Made by a program: the position numbers and the translations under genes. From an uncultured Nitrospiraceae bacterium (lineage in GTDB: Bacteria; Nitrospirota; Thermodesulfovibrionia; Thermodesulfovibrionales; SM23-35), in the NCBI GenBank assembly GCA_963727775.1, contig CAVSHB010000002.1, positions 827,377 to 891,376 of the forward strand: 64,000 bases of DNA. The letters are read 5' to 3'. Each line of letters begins with the position of its first letter. The first letter of the stretch is position 1. Under the pieces are notes generated by a model, which was given only the letters and a program-made list of their open reading frames with translations, did no database searches and was not told the origin of the DNA. Shown here one piece after another: positions 10,215 through 20,348 of the stretch.

Positions 10215-11540
10215 ATGAAAATACTTTTATTTTTTACGGCATTTTTCATGTTGGTAATTCCTCTCGATGCAAACGCAGAGGAAATTATAAAACAGGGCGA
10301 GTCATTGAATCTGGAGAGATGTACTGAGATTGCATTGAAGCTGCATCCGAACATCGCCGCGGCGGTAAATACCGTCAATGTGAATGTGAGCCGCGTGGGC
10401 GAAGCAAAATCAAATTATTATCCCCAGATAAACTGGACCTCGAGCTATGACAGGATTTCATCCGCTTCGAAGACATCTTCAGCCATTACAATAGGTTCTT
10501 CATCCGGGGGAACCAGTTCCGTAAGCGGAACGGGTACCTTTGATCAATATTCTACCGGGCTTAGTCTCAGCCAGGACATTTATGATTTCGGGAAGACCCC
10601 GACCCAGGTGAATATCCAGAATCTTAATGTCGCTTCATCGCGCTCGGACCTCGAAAATGTGTCCGAACAGATAGTCTTTAACGTAAAGCAGTCATATTTC
10701 GGAGTATTGCAGACAAAGCGAACCCGGGATGTTTCAGCGGAAACGGTAAAACAGTTTCAGCAACACCTTGATCAGGCAAAGGGTTTTTATGAAGTGGGCA
10801 CAAAACCGAAATTTGATGTGACAAAGGCAGAGGCGGACCTGAGCAACGCAAAGCTGAACCTGATAAAAGCTGAAAACTCCTTAAGGCTGGCGGTGGTGAA
10901 CCTAAACAACGCAATGGGTGTGCCTGGAGCGCCTGAATATATCATCGAAGACAATCTTTCATACCGGCAGTATACCGTGACTTTTGAAGGCGCAATGGAT
11001 AAAGCATATAAAAACAGGCCCGATTTAAAATCGACTGTTGCAAAAAAGCAGGCGGCGGAGAGGTCCATCGACCTCGCAAAGACGGGGTACTATCCTGTCT
11101 TAACGGGCAGTGCAGGTTATGGTTGGTCCGGGGACAAAGTGTCTTCTCTTGACCGTGGCTGGAATGTGGGGGCAGCCCTTTCAATCCCCATATTCAGCGG
11201 CTATCTGACAAAATACCAGGTAGAGGAAGCAAAAGCAAATCTGAATGTCTTGAAGGCAAACGAAGAATTACTGAGGCAGACCATATTCTCAGACGTACAG
11301 CAGGCATACCTTAATCTTAAACAAGCGGAAGAGAGTATCCCTACTGCGGAACTTGGGGTGAAGCAGGCGCAGGAAAACTTTGAGATAGCAACAGGCAGAT
11401 ACGCCGCGGGTGTAGGAAATCCGATCGAGGTCACCGATGCGGAAGTATTATTGACTAATGCAAAAACAGCCAATATCCAGGCGCTGTACGATTACAAAGT
11501 CGCACAGGCAAGTCTTGAGAAGGCTATGGGTGAAAGATGA
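10215..11540 (+). CDS. TolC-family outer membrane factor
   Basis: Signal peptide, duplicated OEP repeats, context. Confidence 0.9.
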   Translation: MKILLFFTAFFMLVIPLDANAEEIIKQGESLNLERCTEIALKLHPNIAAAVNTVNVNVSRVGEAKSNYYPQINWTSSYDRISSASKTSSAITIGSSSGGTSSVSGTGTFDQYSTGLSLSQDIYDFGKTPTQVNIQNLNVASSRSDLENVSEQIVFNVKQSYFGVLQTKRTRDVSAETVKQFQQHLDQAKGFYEVGTKPKFDVTKAEADLSNAKLNLIKAENSLRLAVVNLNNAMGVPGAPEYIIEDNLSYRQYTVTFEGAMDKAYKNRPDLKSTVAKKQAAERSIDLAKTGYYPVLTGSAGYGWSGDKVSSLDRGWNVGAALSIPIFSGYLTKYQVEEAKANLNVLKANEELLRQTIFSDVQQAYLNLKQAEESIPTAELGVKQAQENFEIATGRYAAGVGNPIEVTDAEVLLTNAKTANIQALYDYKVAQASLEKAMGER

Positions 11541-12709
11541 AAAAAATTCTCATTGCTGGCCTGATTGTTATTGTTATTGCCGCAGCAGGATATTTTCTAT
11601 TCAGGGGCAACGGAAATGAACCGAAATTCAGGACCGATAAAGTTGCCAAAGGTGATATAGAAATGGCGGTCACAGCCACCGGTACGGTAAACCCCGTGAC
11701 TACTGTCCTTGTGGGCACACAGGTATCGGGCACGATAAAAAAAATTTATGTAGATTTCAATTCTCCTGTGAAGAAAGGCCAGTTGACAGCCTTAATAGAC
11801 CCGGCCCTCTTTGAGGCGCAGGTTAATCAGGCGAAGGCGAATCTCTTTTCAGCTCAAGCAAATCAGGAAAAAGCCGAGGCAACATTAGTTGACGCAAAGA
11901 GGACAATGGACAGGAATAAGGAGTTATTATCAAAAAATCTTATCGCACAAAGTGACCTCGATACGGCAGAAACAAACTATGAAACTGCAAAGGCTTCTGT
12001 AGGCGCTGCAAAAGCCCAGGTCGCACAGAGCGAGGCGGCCCTGAGCTCTGCCGATACAAACCTTTATTATACGAAGATAATCTCTCCCGTAGACGGGATT
12101 GTTGTTTCGAGGAATGTCGACGTGGGGCAGACTGTTGCCGCCAGCTTCCAGACGCCGACGCTGTTCAGCATCGCGCAGGACCTCACGAAGATGCAGATCG
12201 ATACGAATGTGGCTGAGGCGGACGTAGGGAGGTTAAAAGTAGGACAGGATGTCGAATTCACCGTGGATGCCTATCCGGACATCACCTTCAAGGGCAAGGT
12301 ATTGCAGGTTAGGAATGCGCCGATAATTGTCCAGAATGTCGTGACCTACGATGTAGTGATCCAGGTCAATAATCCCGACTTTAAACTTAAACCGGGGATG
12401 ACCGCCAATGTGTCCATAATCATATCAACAAAAAAGGACGTTCTGAAGATACCGAATGCAGCCCTTAGATTCAAACCCGTTGAGAAAAGCAAGCCTGCTG
12501 ATAAGAGTAAGCCGGGAACGCAACAAAAAGGGACTGCGGTCTGGGTACTCGAACAGGGCAAATCGAAACGCATACCGGTATCCTTAGGCATAAGCGACGG
12601 TAATTATACCGAGGTGATATCAGGGAACATTAAAGAAGGTCAGGAATTGATAGTCGAATCTCTCACAAAGACAAAGGCAGCAACCCCTTCAGGGCCAAGG
12701 ATGTTTTAG
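11537..12709 (+). CDS. MacA-like efflux adaptor
   Basis: VGTQVSG, VDVGQTVAASFQTPTLF, LKPGMTANV motifs. Confidence 0.9.
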   Translation: MKKILIAGLIVIVIAAAGYFLFRGNGNEPKFRTDKVAKGDIEMAVTATGTVNPVTTVLVGTQVSGTIKKIYVDFNSPVKKGQLTALIDPALFEAQVNQAKANLFSAQANQEKAEATLVDAKRTMDRNKELLSKNLIAQSDLDTAETNYETAKASVGAAKAQVAQSEAALSSADTNLYYTKIISPVDGIVVSRNVDVGQTVAASFQTPTLFSIAQDLTKMQIDTNVAEADVGRLKVGQDVEFTVDAYPDITFKGKVLQVRNAPIIVQNVVTYDVVIQVNNPDFKLKPGMTANVSIIISTKKDVLKIPNAALRFKPVEKSKPADKSKPGTQQKGTAVWVLEQGKSKRIPVSLGISDGNYTEVISGNIKEGQELIVESLTKTKAATPSGPRMF

Positions 12710-12710
12710 C

Positions 12711-13403
12711 ATGCCGATTATTGAAGCTCAGGAAATTACGAAAATCTACAGGCTCGGTGATATCGATCTGCATGCACTCGGAGGTGTGTCTGTAACGATA
12801 GGGAAAGGTGAATTTGTCGCGGTGATGGGTCCTTCCGGCTCCGGGAAATCAACTTTTATGAATATATTGGGATGCCTTGACAAACCGACCGATGGAAAAT
12901 ATCTTCTGGAGGATACGGATATAGGTGGTCTCAACAGGGACGAACTGGCAGCCATAAGGAACAAGACAATAGGGTTTGTCTTTCAGGGATTCAACCTGTT
13001 GCCGAGGACATCCGCACTCGAAAATGTTGAACTACCAATGCTTTATGACGGCATACCTGCAAAGGAGAGAAAGGAAAAGGCACTGGAAGCCCTCAAAAGC
13101 GTTGGTCTGGAAGGCAGGGGGGACCATCATCCCAATCAGCTTTCAGGAGGACAGCAGCAGAGGGTTGCAATAGCAAGGGCGCTGGTAAATAATGCTCCCA
13201 TAATACTTGCGGATGAACCGACAGGCAACCTCGACACAAAGACGAGCGCCGAAATAATGGAGATACTTGTGAAACTGAATACCCATTCAAATATTACGAT
13301 AATACTGGTGACCCACGAGAATGACATAGCCGCATACAGCAAGCGGACAATAAAATTCCTGGATGGACGTATTCTCTCCGATGGGCCGACGGTAAGATCA
13401 TGA
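12711..13403 (+). CDS. ABC transporter ATP-binding protein (MacB/LolD type)
   Basis: GPSGSGKST, LSGGQQQRVAIARAL, ADEPTGNLD. Confidence 0.95.
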   Translation: MPIIEAQEITKIYRLGDIDLHALGGVSVTIGKGEFVAVMGPSGSGKSTFMNILGCLDKPTDGKYLLEDTDIGGLNRDELAAIRNKTIGFVFQGFNLLPRTSALENVELPMLYDGIPAKERKEKALEALKSVGLEGRGDHHPNQLSGGQQQRVAIARALVNNAPIILADEPTGNLDTKTSAEIMEILVKLNTHSNITIILVTHENDIAAYSKRTIKFLDGRILSDGPTVRS

Positions 13404-14629
13404 TTAATATACCGTCAACATTCAGAATATCGTTCAGGGCATTAAAGGTAAACAAGATGCGCTCGGCACTCACAATGTTAGGGATTATTATCGGTGTCGG
13501 CGCCGTCATTGCCATGCTCGCCGTGGGCACGGGAGCCAGTAAGAAAATCGCGGAGCAGATTGCCAGCATGGGAAGCAACCTGCTGATGATTCTTCCCGGT
13601 TCTACTACGGCAGGAGGCGTGAGAATGGGCGCCGGGACCCAACCTACATTGACCATGGGTGATACGGAAGCCATCAGGAAGGAATGTCTGTCAGTCCAGG
13701 AAGTTGCCCCGGTACACAACGGAGTAGCACAGGTTATTTACGGACACCAAAACTGGTCAACAGGGGTTGTAGGCACTACCTCCGGCATGTTGATTGTCAG
13801 AGACTGGCCATTGGCTTCCGGCAGGACGTTTACTGATCAGGATGTCAAGAACGCTACAAAGGTGTGTTTGTTGGGACAGACCGTTGTGGACAACCTCTTT
13901 GGAGATATGGACCCTGTAGGTCAATCTATCAGGATAAAAAATCTACCCTTTACTGTTATCGGCGTTCTTGCGCCGAAAGGACAGTCGGCCCAGGGACAGG
14001 ACCAGGACGATACCATTTATGTCCCTGTGACGACGGCTCAAAAGAAACTTTTCGGTACCTCTTTCCCCGGAATGATCAGGATAATTATGGTAAAGGCTAA
14101 GAGCGCAGAGGACTTGGCATCCGCTGAAAAACAGATAAACGATTTGCTTAAGCAGAGACATCATATCGGGCCGAAGCAGGAGAGTGATTTTACCGTCAGA
14201 AACCTTACTCAGCTAATGCAGACTGCGGAACAGTCGACAAAGGTTATGACTTTATTGTTGGGGGCCATTGCATCGGTTTCTCTCCTCGTCGGAGGGATCG
14301 GGATCATGAACATTATGTTGGTCTCGGTCACTGAGAGGACAAGGGAGATAGGAATAAGAATGGCCATAGGCGCAAAAACATGGGACATAAGGCTGCAGTT
14401 CATAATCGAGGCGCTCACCTTATCGTTAATCGGAGGGATAGCCGGGATTATTTTCGGCGTATCCGGGTCAGAATTAATATCGGTTTTTGCGGGCTGGTCT
14501 ACAATTATATCTCCCCTGTCGATTCTGCTGGCCTTCGGTTTTTCCGGACTGGTGGGAATATTCTTCGGGTTTTATCCGGCCTACAAGGCGTCACTGCTTG
14601 ATCCGATAGATGCCTTGAGATATGAGTAA
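13400..14629 (+). CDS. MacB/FtsX-like ABC permease
   Basis: RSALTMLGIIIG, GGIGIMNIMLVSVTERTREIGIRMAIGA, DPIDALRYE. Confidence 0.95.
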   Translation: MINIPSTFRISFRALKVNKMRSALTMLGIIIGVGAVIAMLAVGTGASKKIAEQIASMGSNLLMILPGSTTAGGVRMGAGTQPTLTMGDTEAIRKECLSVQEVAPVHNGVAQVIYGHQNWSTGVVGTTSGMLIVRDWPLASGRTFTDQDVKNATKVCLLGQTVVDNLFGDMDPVGQSIRIKNLPFTVIGVLAPKGQSAQGQDQDDTIYVPVTTAQKKLFGTSFPGMIRIIMVKAKSAEDLASAEKQINDLLKQRHHIGPKQESDFTVRNLTQLMQTAEQSTKVMTLLLGAIASVSLLVGGIGIMNIMLVSVTERTREIGIRMAIGAKTWDIRLQFIIEALTLSLIGGIAGIIFGVSGSELISVFAGWSTIISPLSILLAFGFSGLVGIFFGFYPAYKASLLDPIDALRYE

Positions 14630-14643
14630 TAGAATATCATTGG

Positions 14644-14725
14644 ATAACTCCCCTATCCCCCTCTTAGCCTAAGAGGGGGATAAAATTTCTCCCCTTAAGG
14701 TAAGGGGAGGTTAGGTGGGGTTATG
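14644..14725. repeat. Palindromic REP-like repeat, copy B (inverted relative to copy A)
   Basis: ATAACTCCCCTATCCCCCTCTTAGCCTAAGAGGGGG...CTCCCCTTAAGGTAAGGGGAG...GGGGTTATG. Confidence 0.8.
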
Positions 14726-14821
14726 TTGTATTATGCACGCCCCTGAATAGGTGCGATGGTTTTTTTATCTTTGGCATAATTAAAGAGTTGTATTATCATA
14801 TAACACCCGGGAGAGATTTCA

Positions 14822-15931
14822 TTGGAAGAAACGAAGATAGACGAGAGTAAAACAAATAACAATAACAAGAAAAAAATCGGCTTGATTGTTTTGGGTGTGA
14901 TCATTCTTGTAGGCGCTGTGGTGGTCTTTTTCTATCTTAGATACAAGGCGACCCACATTACGACGGACGACGCGTTTGTGGACGGGAATATCCATACTAT
15001 TGCTTCAAAGGTTCCAGGAACTGTGAAACAGGTTTACGTGAAATCCAACCAGTTTGTGAAGAAGGGGGACATCCTTGTTGAATTAGATATGGCTGATTAC
15101 GAGGCAAAGCTCAATGAAACCTCCTCAAGCGCTGGTGCTGAAAAAGCAAAGCTTATAGAAGTTGGAACAAAAATCAAGGTATCACAAAGTAAGCTTGCGG
15201 AATTAAGTGCAGCTTTAGCAGCAGCAAAGGCAAATCTTGAATTGCAGGAGGCTAATCTCAGGCAGGCAGAAAGTGACAGCAGAAGGGCGGAGAATCTTTT
15301 TAAATCAGAAACTATCTCAAAAGACAGATACGAAAAGACAATGACTGCTCAGGCTGTTACTCTTGCCCAGGTGAAGGCAGCTAAGGAGCAGGTCAAGCAG
15401 GTGGAGAAGGAACTCGATACCCAAAAGGACATCGTAAAGCAAACAGAAGCATCAAGGACCACGCAAATATCCACGATTAAAGAAAAAGAAGCAAAAAAAG
15501 ATGCAGCACAGCTTAATTACAGCTACACGAAAATCTATGCACCTGTAGATGGTTATGTAACAAAAAAGTCGGTCGAGATCGGTAATCAAATACAGGCCGG
15601 ACAGCCATTGATGGCGGTTGTACCCCTTGATGTCGGTGATATCTACATAACCGCGAACTACAAAGAGACCCAATTGGAGAAGGTAAAGCCTGGGCTGAAG
15701 GTTGAGTTCAAGGTGGACACTTTTCCGGAGAAGACCTTTAAAGGGAAGGTGGAGAGCATCCAGTCCGGTACAGGTGCGATATTTTCATTATTCCCGCCTG
15801 AGAACGCAACCGGGAATTATGTTAAGGTTGTGCAGAGGATACCGGTTAAGATAGTGCTGGATAAAGATACAGATAAAGACCATATTCTCCGCATAGGCAT
15901 GTCTGTTGTGCCGACGATAGTCGTTGAATGA
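14822..15931 (+). CDS. emrA: EmrA/HlyD-family efflux adaptor
   Basis: TDDAFVDG, ANYKETQL, FSLFPPENATGNYVKVVQRIPV. Confidence 0.88.
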   Translation: MEETKIDESKTNNNNKKKIGLIVLGVIILVGAVVVFFYLRYKATHITTDDAFVDGNIHTIASKVPGTVKQVYVKSNQFVKKGDILVELDMADYEAKLNETSSSAGAEKAKLIEVGTKIKVSQSKLAELSAALAAAKANLELQEANLRQAESDSRRAENLFKSETISKDRYEKTMTAQAVTLAQVKAAKEQVKQVEKELDTQKDIVKQTEASRTTQISTIKEKEAKKDAAQLNYSYTKIYAPVDGYVTKKSVEIGNQIQAGQPLMAVVPLDVGDIYITANYKETQLEKVKPGLKVEFKVDTFPEKTFKGKVESIQSGTGAIFSLFPPENATGNYVKVVQRIPVKIVLDKDTDKDHILRIGMSVVPTIVVE

Positions 15932-16299
15932 TAACTAAGACAATTATTTATTAGTAATAGCCTACGTCCAGTCGTCAGTCTGTTATTCCGGGCCCGTCTG
16001 CTCACCTCAATGACCGGGCCGCACGCAGGCGGAGCTGCCCCCAAACAATGCTCAAATGGCCCGCTACTGTCTATGAGTATTTCGATATACTCAAACTTTT
16101 ATCCTTAATGAGTTACTATCAATTTCTCACATCTGACAGGAAAGAGTATTACGAGAACAGGGTTAAGTTCTATTGATACCTAAAGACTGTATACGGATTG
16201 TTTTAGAACTTTCATCTTCTCCTTTAAATTTCTCTTTATTTTTTAGATTGTTATTCCCATAATCTCAGTATTGATTGACTATAGTGAATAAGTTTACTC

Positions 16300-16499
16300 T
16301 TGCTCAATCTATCTTCGACAGGCTGGTTGAGATTAATAGACTGGGCACAAGCGTAGTACTTGTCGAGCAGAACACGCGTATGGCCCTTGAAATTGCTCAC
16401 AGGGGTTATGTTTCTAAGATCGGTGGAATTTTCACGGAAGACACGGGCCAAAACCTTCTTGAAAACGTCAAAATTAAAAAGGTATTTTTAGGTAGTTGA
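16300..16499 (+). pseudogene. 3' remnant of a LivF-type branched-chain amino acid ABC ATPase
   Basis: IFDRLVEINRLGTSVVLVEQNTRMALEIAHRGYV...KKVFLG matches the LivF C-terminus; no Walker A region. Confidence 0.75.
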
Positions 16500-16506
16500 G
16501 CGGTAT

Positions 16507-17940
16507 ATGAAGAAGGATAGAGAACACAGAATGAAAAAGATAAAACTTTTCATGGCATCTCCAAGTGATACCTCTGAAGAAAGAAAAGCATTTGCAGCAG
16601 TAATTAATTCGATAAACCGTAGCAGAGCAGAGAAAGAAGGTTATCACCTGGATCCAGTTTTGTGGGAAGAATATGCATATCCAGAAGCCGAAAATCCCCA
16701 AGCAATCATCAATAAGCTTCTTGATGACGCTGAACTGGTGATAGTTATATTCTGGAACAAGTTTGGTGCTCCGACTAAGAAGTTTCCCTCCGGTACAATG
16801 GAAGAACTCTTTCTGGTATTAAATAAGAGAAAGACGACTGGTTCTCCCTCAATAAAAATATATTTCAGAACCCCTCTTCCTCCAAAGAGTACACATGACG
16901 TTGAAGAGCTAAGAAGAATATTTGAGATCAAGGAATCGATAAAAGAGGTAGCTTTTTATAAGAAATACAATACAGTTGAAGAGTTTAAGAGTTTACTTTA
17001 CGAACACATCAATGCATGGCTTTCCGATTATGGAGGGAATCACTCAAAAAAGAAACAAAATGGTAAGAAAAAGATGATCAAACCGGCGTTGAGGGAGCCC
17101 TCTAATTGCAAAGAAGTAATAAAAGGTGTTTTCGTCAAAGTAGAAAAGAAATTTGACGGAGAAAAGTCCAGCATTAACTTTGGGTTTGAAGACTTAGATG
17201 ACTTAATTGGAGAGATTGAAGATATAAACCTTTTAGTTGTTGGTGGTGACATAGCGTCCGGTAAAACATCCTTAATGCTTGCTTTGGCTTACAATACCGC
17301 AGTTATAAATCGCGTTCCAACTTTGTATTTCACTACCCGTTCTAACAAGGAAGACATCGGTCGCATCCTATTATGTAGCATATCTCAAATGAATATAGAT
17401 CATTTTAAGAAAGGCTTTGTGAAAAGGGATGATTGGCATAGGTTGACGCAATATGCCAGTAAACTTATTGACGCGCCACTTTTTTTTGATGATAATCCTG
17501 AAATGTCAGTTGACGAAATAAGGGAGCAAGTAGTTGGTCTGAAAAGAAAGAACCAGATGGGACTCATTATTATTGACGAGGTGAACTATCTCATATCTGA
17601 AAAGACAAAAACAGGTAAAAAGCTTAGACTTTTATCAAGAGACCTTCAAATACCAATAGTTGCCACGGCTTATTTAGAAATTCCTAAACGCTGTCCCCGC
17701 TCACCAGTCTTAAGTGACATGGACGGGATAGGGGATTTAAAAAAAGAAGCTGATACGATCTTATTCTCTGATAGACCGCAGCATGTTTTCTCCGGCCTCA
17801 GCAGAGACACCGTAGAGATCATAATTGCAAAGAACAAGAATGGGCCATCAGGTTTGGTATTAAGAAAGTATTATCTACCGGAATATTGCAGTTTTGGTGG
17901 CGACGTTCGAGATGATGATAGGGATCGGGAATCATTCTAA
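16507..17940 (+). CDS. DUF4062/TIR-like N-terminal domain fused to a degenerate DnaB-like helicase C-terminal domain
   Basis: N-terminal LFMASPSD..EER, WE, PQ..IN, SGTMEE. The C-terminal half aligns by eye to DnaB (GFEDLDDL, GGDIASGKT, KGFVKRDDWHRL, APLFFDD, IIAKNKNGP). Start may be the second Met. Confidence 0.8.
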   Translation: MKKDREHRMKKIKLFMASPSDTSEERKAFAAVINSINRSRAEKEGYHLDPVLWEEYAYPEAENPQAIINKLLDDAELVIVIFWNKFGAPTKKFPSGTMEELFLVLNKRKTTGSPSIKIYFRTPLPPKSTHDVEELRRIFEIKESIKEVAFYKKYNTVEEFKSLLYEHINAWLSDYGGNHSKKKQNGKKKMIKPALREPSNCKEVIKGVFVKVEKKFDGEKSSINFGFEDLDDLIGEIEDINLLVVGGDIASGKTSLMLALAYNTAVINRVPTLYFTTRSNKEDIGRILLCSISQMNIDHFKKGFVKRDDWHRLTQYASKLIDAPLFFDDNPEMSVDEIREQVVGLKRKNQMGLIIIDEVNYLISEKTKTGKKLRLLSRDLQIPIVATAYLEIPKRCPRSPVLSDMDGIGDLKKEADTILFSDRPQHVFSGLSRDTVEIIIAKNKNGPSGLVLRKYYLPEYCSFGGDVRDDDRDRESF

Positions 17941-17943
17941 CAG

Positions 17944-18177
17944 ATGATTGAACGCGATTTTGATATCCCTTTTATTGCCAATCTCTCTCTGAGAGAAAAG
18001 CAAATCCAGCAGAATTATCGCCCCGTTATTGCTGTTCATAAATGGTTTGCGAGGCGTCCGGGAACGCTCTTCCGTGGATTGATCTTATCGGAGTTTGCCT
18101 CAAAGCCTCTGCGGGAATCTTTTTATGTCGGTAACGAGTTCCCCGGATTGCGCGTGGCGGATCCGTTCATGGGCGGA
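17944..18177 (+). pseudogene. 5' fragment of a DUF1156-type adenine-specific DNA methyltransferase
   Basis: MIERDFD...REKQIQQNYRPVIAVHKWFARRPG...VADPFMGG; breaks off at the SAM-binding motif. Confidence 0.75.
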
Positions 18178-18354
18178 GTCGGAAGCATAATATGCGCAGC
18201 GCTGGGCAACTTCCTCATCGCCTTTGCCCATAACTTCGGGGTCCGGAAGATATCTTCCCAGTAGCAGGACGCTATCGTCTTTCTCGTCCTTCTTGTCTTC
18301 CGCCTTTAGGCCCTACGGCTCTTTCGGAAAGAGATCAGAAAGGCGGAGGTGTAA
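18172..18354 (+). pseudogene. 3' remnant of a LivH-type ABC permease
   Basis: GGVGSI..AALG.FLIAFAHNFG...SSQ*QDAIVFLVLLV..RPYG..GK..RKAEV, with an internal stop and frameshifts. Confidence 0.6.
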
Positions 18355-18431
18355 CGGATGACTTTCGGGGGCCGACGTTATATAATGAGAGCAGAAAGTA
18401 AGCATTATTAGATTGACAGGGGGTGAGATGC

Positions 18432-18626
18432 ATGAAACTGAGAGTAGTGGTTGAGCCGGATGAGGATGTATATGTAGCGTATTGCCCTGAATTACCTGGG
18501 TGTGTGACATACGGCAAGACAGAAGAAGAAGCCCGAAAGAATATAATGGAAGCGCTGGAACTCTATTTAAGACCCTCAAAAGAAGAGTTGGCAAAAGATG
18601 CGAAAGTTTATGAGGTTGCAGTTTAG
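18432..18626 (+). CDS. hicB: HicB-family antitoxin
   Basis: YVAYCPELPGCVTYGKTEEEA..NI.EALELY. Confidence 0.9.
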   Translation: MKLRVVVEPDEDVYVAYCPELPGCVTYGKTEEEARKNIMEALELYLRPSKEELAKDAKVYEVAV

Positions 18627-18645
18627 TGGGGGAAAGACAGCCTAG

Positions 18646-20348
18646 GAGTCTGTCGGACTTGAATTGCTGTTTTTGACAGCGGTTGGAATCCGAGAGAGTC
18701 GATTGTAGTTATTTTTCATGATTTGATCGTCTGTCATCGGTTCTTTCCTGCCGGTGTTTTGTTGGATACATTATGCCATCGCCATTTTCAGGCGCCTACC
18801 TGGCTGTTCCTCAATGCATGCAGCCTTTTGATGTTCCATGCAATGCAGATCATATCCCACTCGCCATTGACTGCAGTAAAACCACGCAACAGGAATCGGT
18901 CAAATCCCATAGCTGCCTTGATTACCCCAAACGCCGGCTCCACAGTACTCTTGCGTATCGCATAAATTGCCTTACCGGCAACTGTCTTCAACCGATGTTT
19001 CATTCTTGTCACTGCATCAGCATCAACCGGCAATGGAGGCGGTTCGACGAATCGCTCCCATAAAGGCTGATTATGACTCTGCCGATCTACTGCTATATAT
19101 GGCTCTATTCCTTTGCTCTCACATTCTTGCACATTTGCTTCGCTGTAATACCCGCTGTCGGCTATTATAGTTTTTACTTTGCCAAGTTGTTCGGGCAGAT
19201 ATGTAAGCGCTTCAAGCGCTGGTTTCATCTGCTGTTTGTCATTGGATTGTTGTGTTACATGCGTTGCGACAATAAGCATTGTTTCTGTATCCACGGCTGC
19301 TTGAGCATTATAAGCCTGCTTGAATCCTCCACCCGATGCCGGCATTATGCGAGATTCTTCATCGGTCAGATTGACCTGATCTTTGTCAGTTGGCCCGGCT
19401 GCAGGCGGCTTGGGTCCTTTGCCTCGGGGTTTCTTGCCGCTCTGCTTTTGTTTGGCTACACGCTCTGCCTGTTTCTTTTCACTGTCGGCTTGTTCCATTG
19501 CATGCCGCTCTGCCGCACGGCGCTCTATCTCAGCTTTTGCTTCAGCTATCATTTTCAGCCGCTTCTCTCGCCGCTCCAGCTCTTCCGGGATGTTCATGCC
19601 GTCAGGAATGTCAGCTTTGTCAGCAGCCTCAGCTTTCTTCATCAGTTCCGCCACTTCCACTTTCAACTTATTCTCTATTTTGCATGCATGCCCGTAGCTC
19701 AACGCCTTGTGCTTTGAGGCATTGGCTTTCATTTTGGTCCCATCCAAGCTGACCGTGCCTAACTTCAATACCCCGGTTTCTGCTGCTATCATTAGTATCT
19801 GCACAAACAGTTCTTTCAGCTTAGGCAAAAACCGACGTCGAAAGGTTGCTATTGTGTCATGGTCAGGGTGACTGTTGGCTGCCACATACCGGAATGCTAC
19901 AGAGTCGTACGTGCTACGCTCTAATTGCCTGCTCGAAAAGACTCCCGTCGCATATCCGTAAAATAATAATGCCACCAGCATCTCAGGGCTGTATGCCTCA
20001 CTGCCTCGTCCTGCATAATCATTTTTCAACCGGTCAAGATTAAGCTGATCCACTATCTCTACGACAAATCTCGCCAAGTGACCCTCGGGCAACCATTCCT
20101 GCACCGACGGCGGAAATAAATATATCGTCTCTCTGTCACATTGTTTGAACATTATGCTGATCTCCTGTTGTTCATTCTTATGCCGCTTGTCTATTATGCC
20201 ATAAGGAACGCCCATGCAGGTCTGTCGGACTTAGATAATTACAGGCCGAAAAGATTTCTGCTGCCCAGTTTGCAATAAAGGTTCTTAAGAGACTGCCGTG
20301 TCCTTCAAGAAGTAAACTTTTCAGAAATGTTGAAAGTCCGACAGACTC
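18646..20348 (-). mobile_element. Complete IS1182-family element
   Basis: Perfect 15-bp TIRs GAGTCTGTCGGACTT / AAGTCCGACAGACTC; CTAG duplicated at 18642-18645 and 20349-20352. Confidence 0.92.
18788..20215 (-). CDS. IS1182-family transposase
   Basis: LPEGHLARF, YGYATGVFSSR, PDHDTIATFR, LDGTKMKANASK, TDEESR, ADSGY, VEPAFG; the true start may be the internal MFKQ. Confidence 0.92.
   Translation of the reverse strand: MGVPYGIIDKRHKNEQQEISIMFKQCDRETIYLFPPSVQEWLPEGHLARFVVEIVDQLNLDRLKNDYAGRGSEAYSPEMLVALLFYGYATGVFSSRQLERSTYDSVAFRYVAANSHPDHDTIATFRRRFLPKLKELFVQILMIAAETGVLKLGTVSLDGTKMKANASKHKALSYGHACKIENKLKVEVAELMKKAEAADKADIPDGMNIPEELERREKRLKMIAEAKAEIERRAAERHAMEQADSEKKQAERVAKQKQSGKKPRGKGPKPPAAGPTDKDQVNLTDEESRIMPASGGGFKQAYNAQAAVDTETMLIVATHVTQQSNDKQQMKPALEALTYLPEQLGKVKTIIADSGYYSEANVQECESKGIEPYIAVDRQSHNQPLWERFVEPPPLPVDADAVTRMKHRLKTVAGKAIYAIRKSTVEPAFGVIKAAMGFDRFLLRGFTAVNGEWDMICIAWNIKRLHALRNSQVGA

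Noticed and set aside
16507..17940. Second functional replicative helicase or prophage replication gene
   Set aside because: Catalytic motifs are degenerate, the DnaB N-domain is absent and there are no phage genes nearby.
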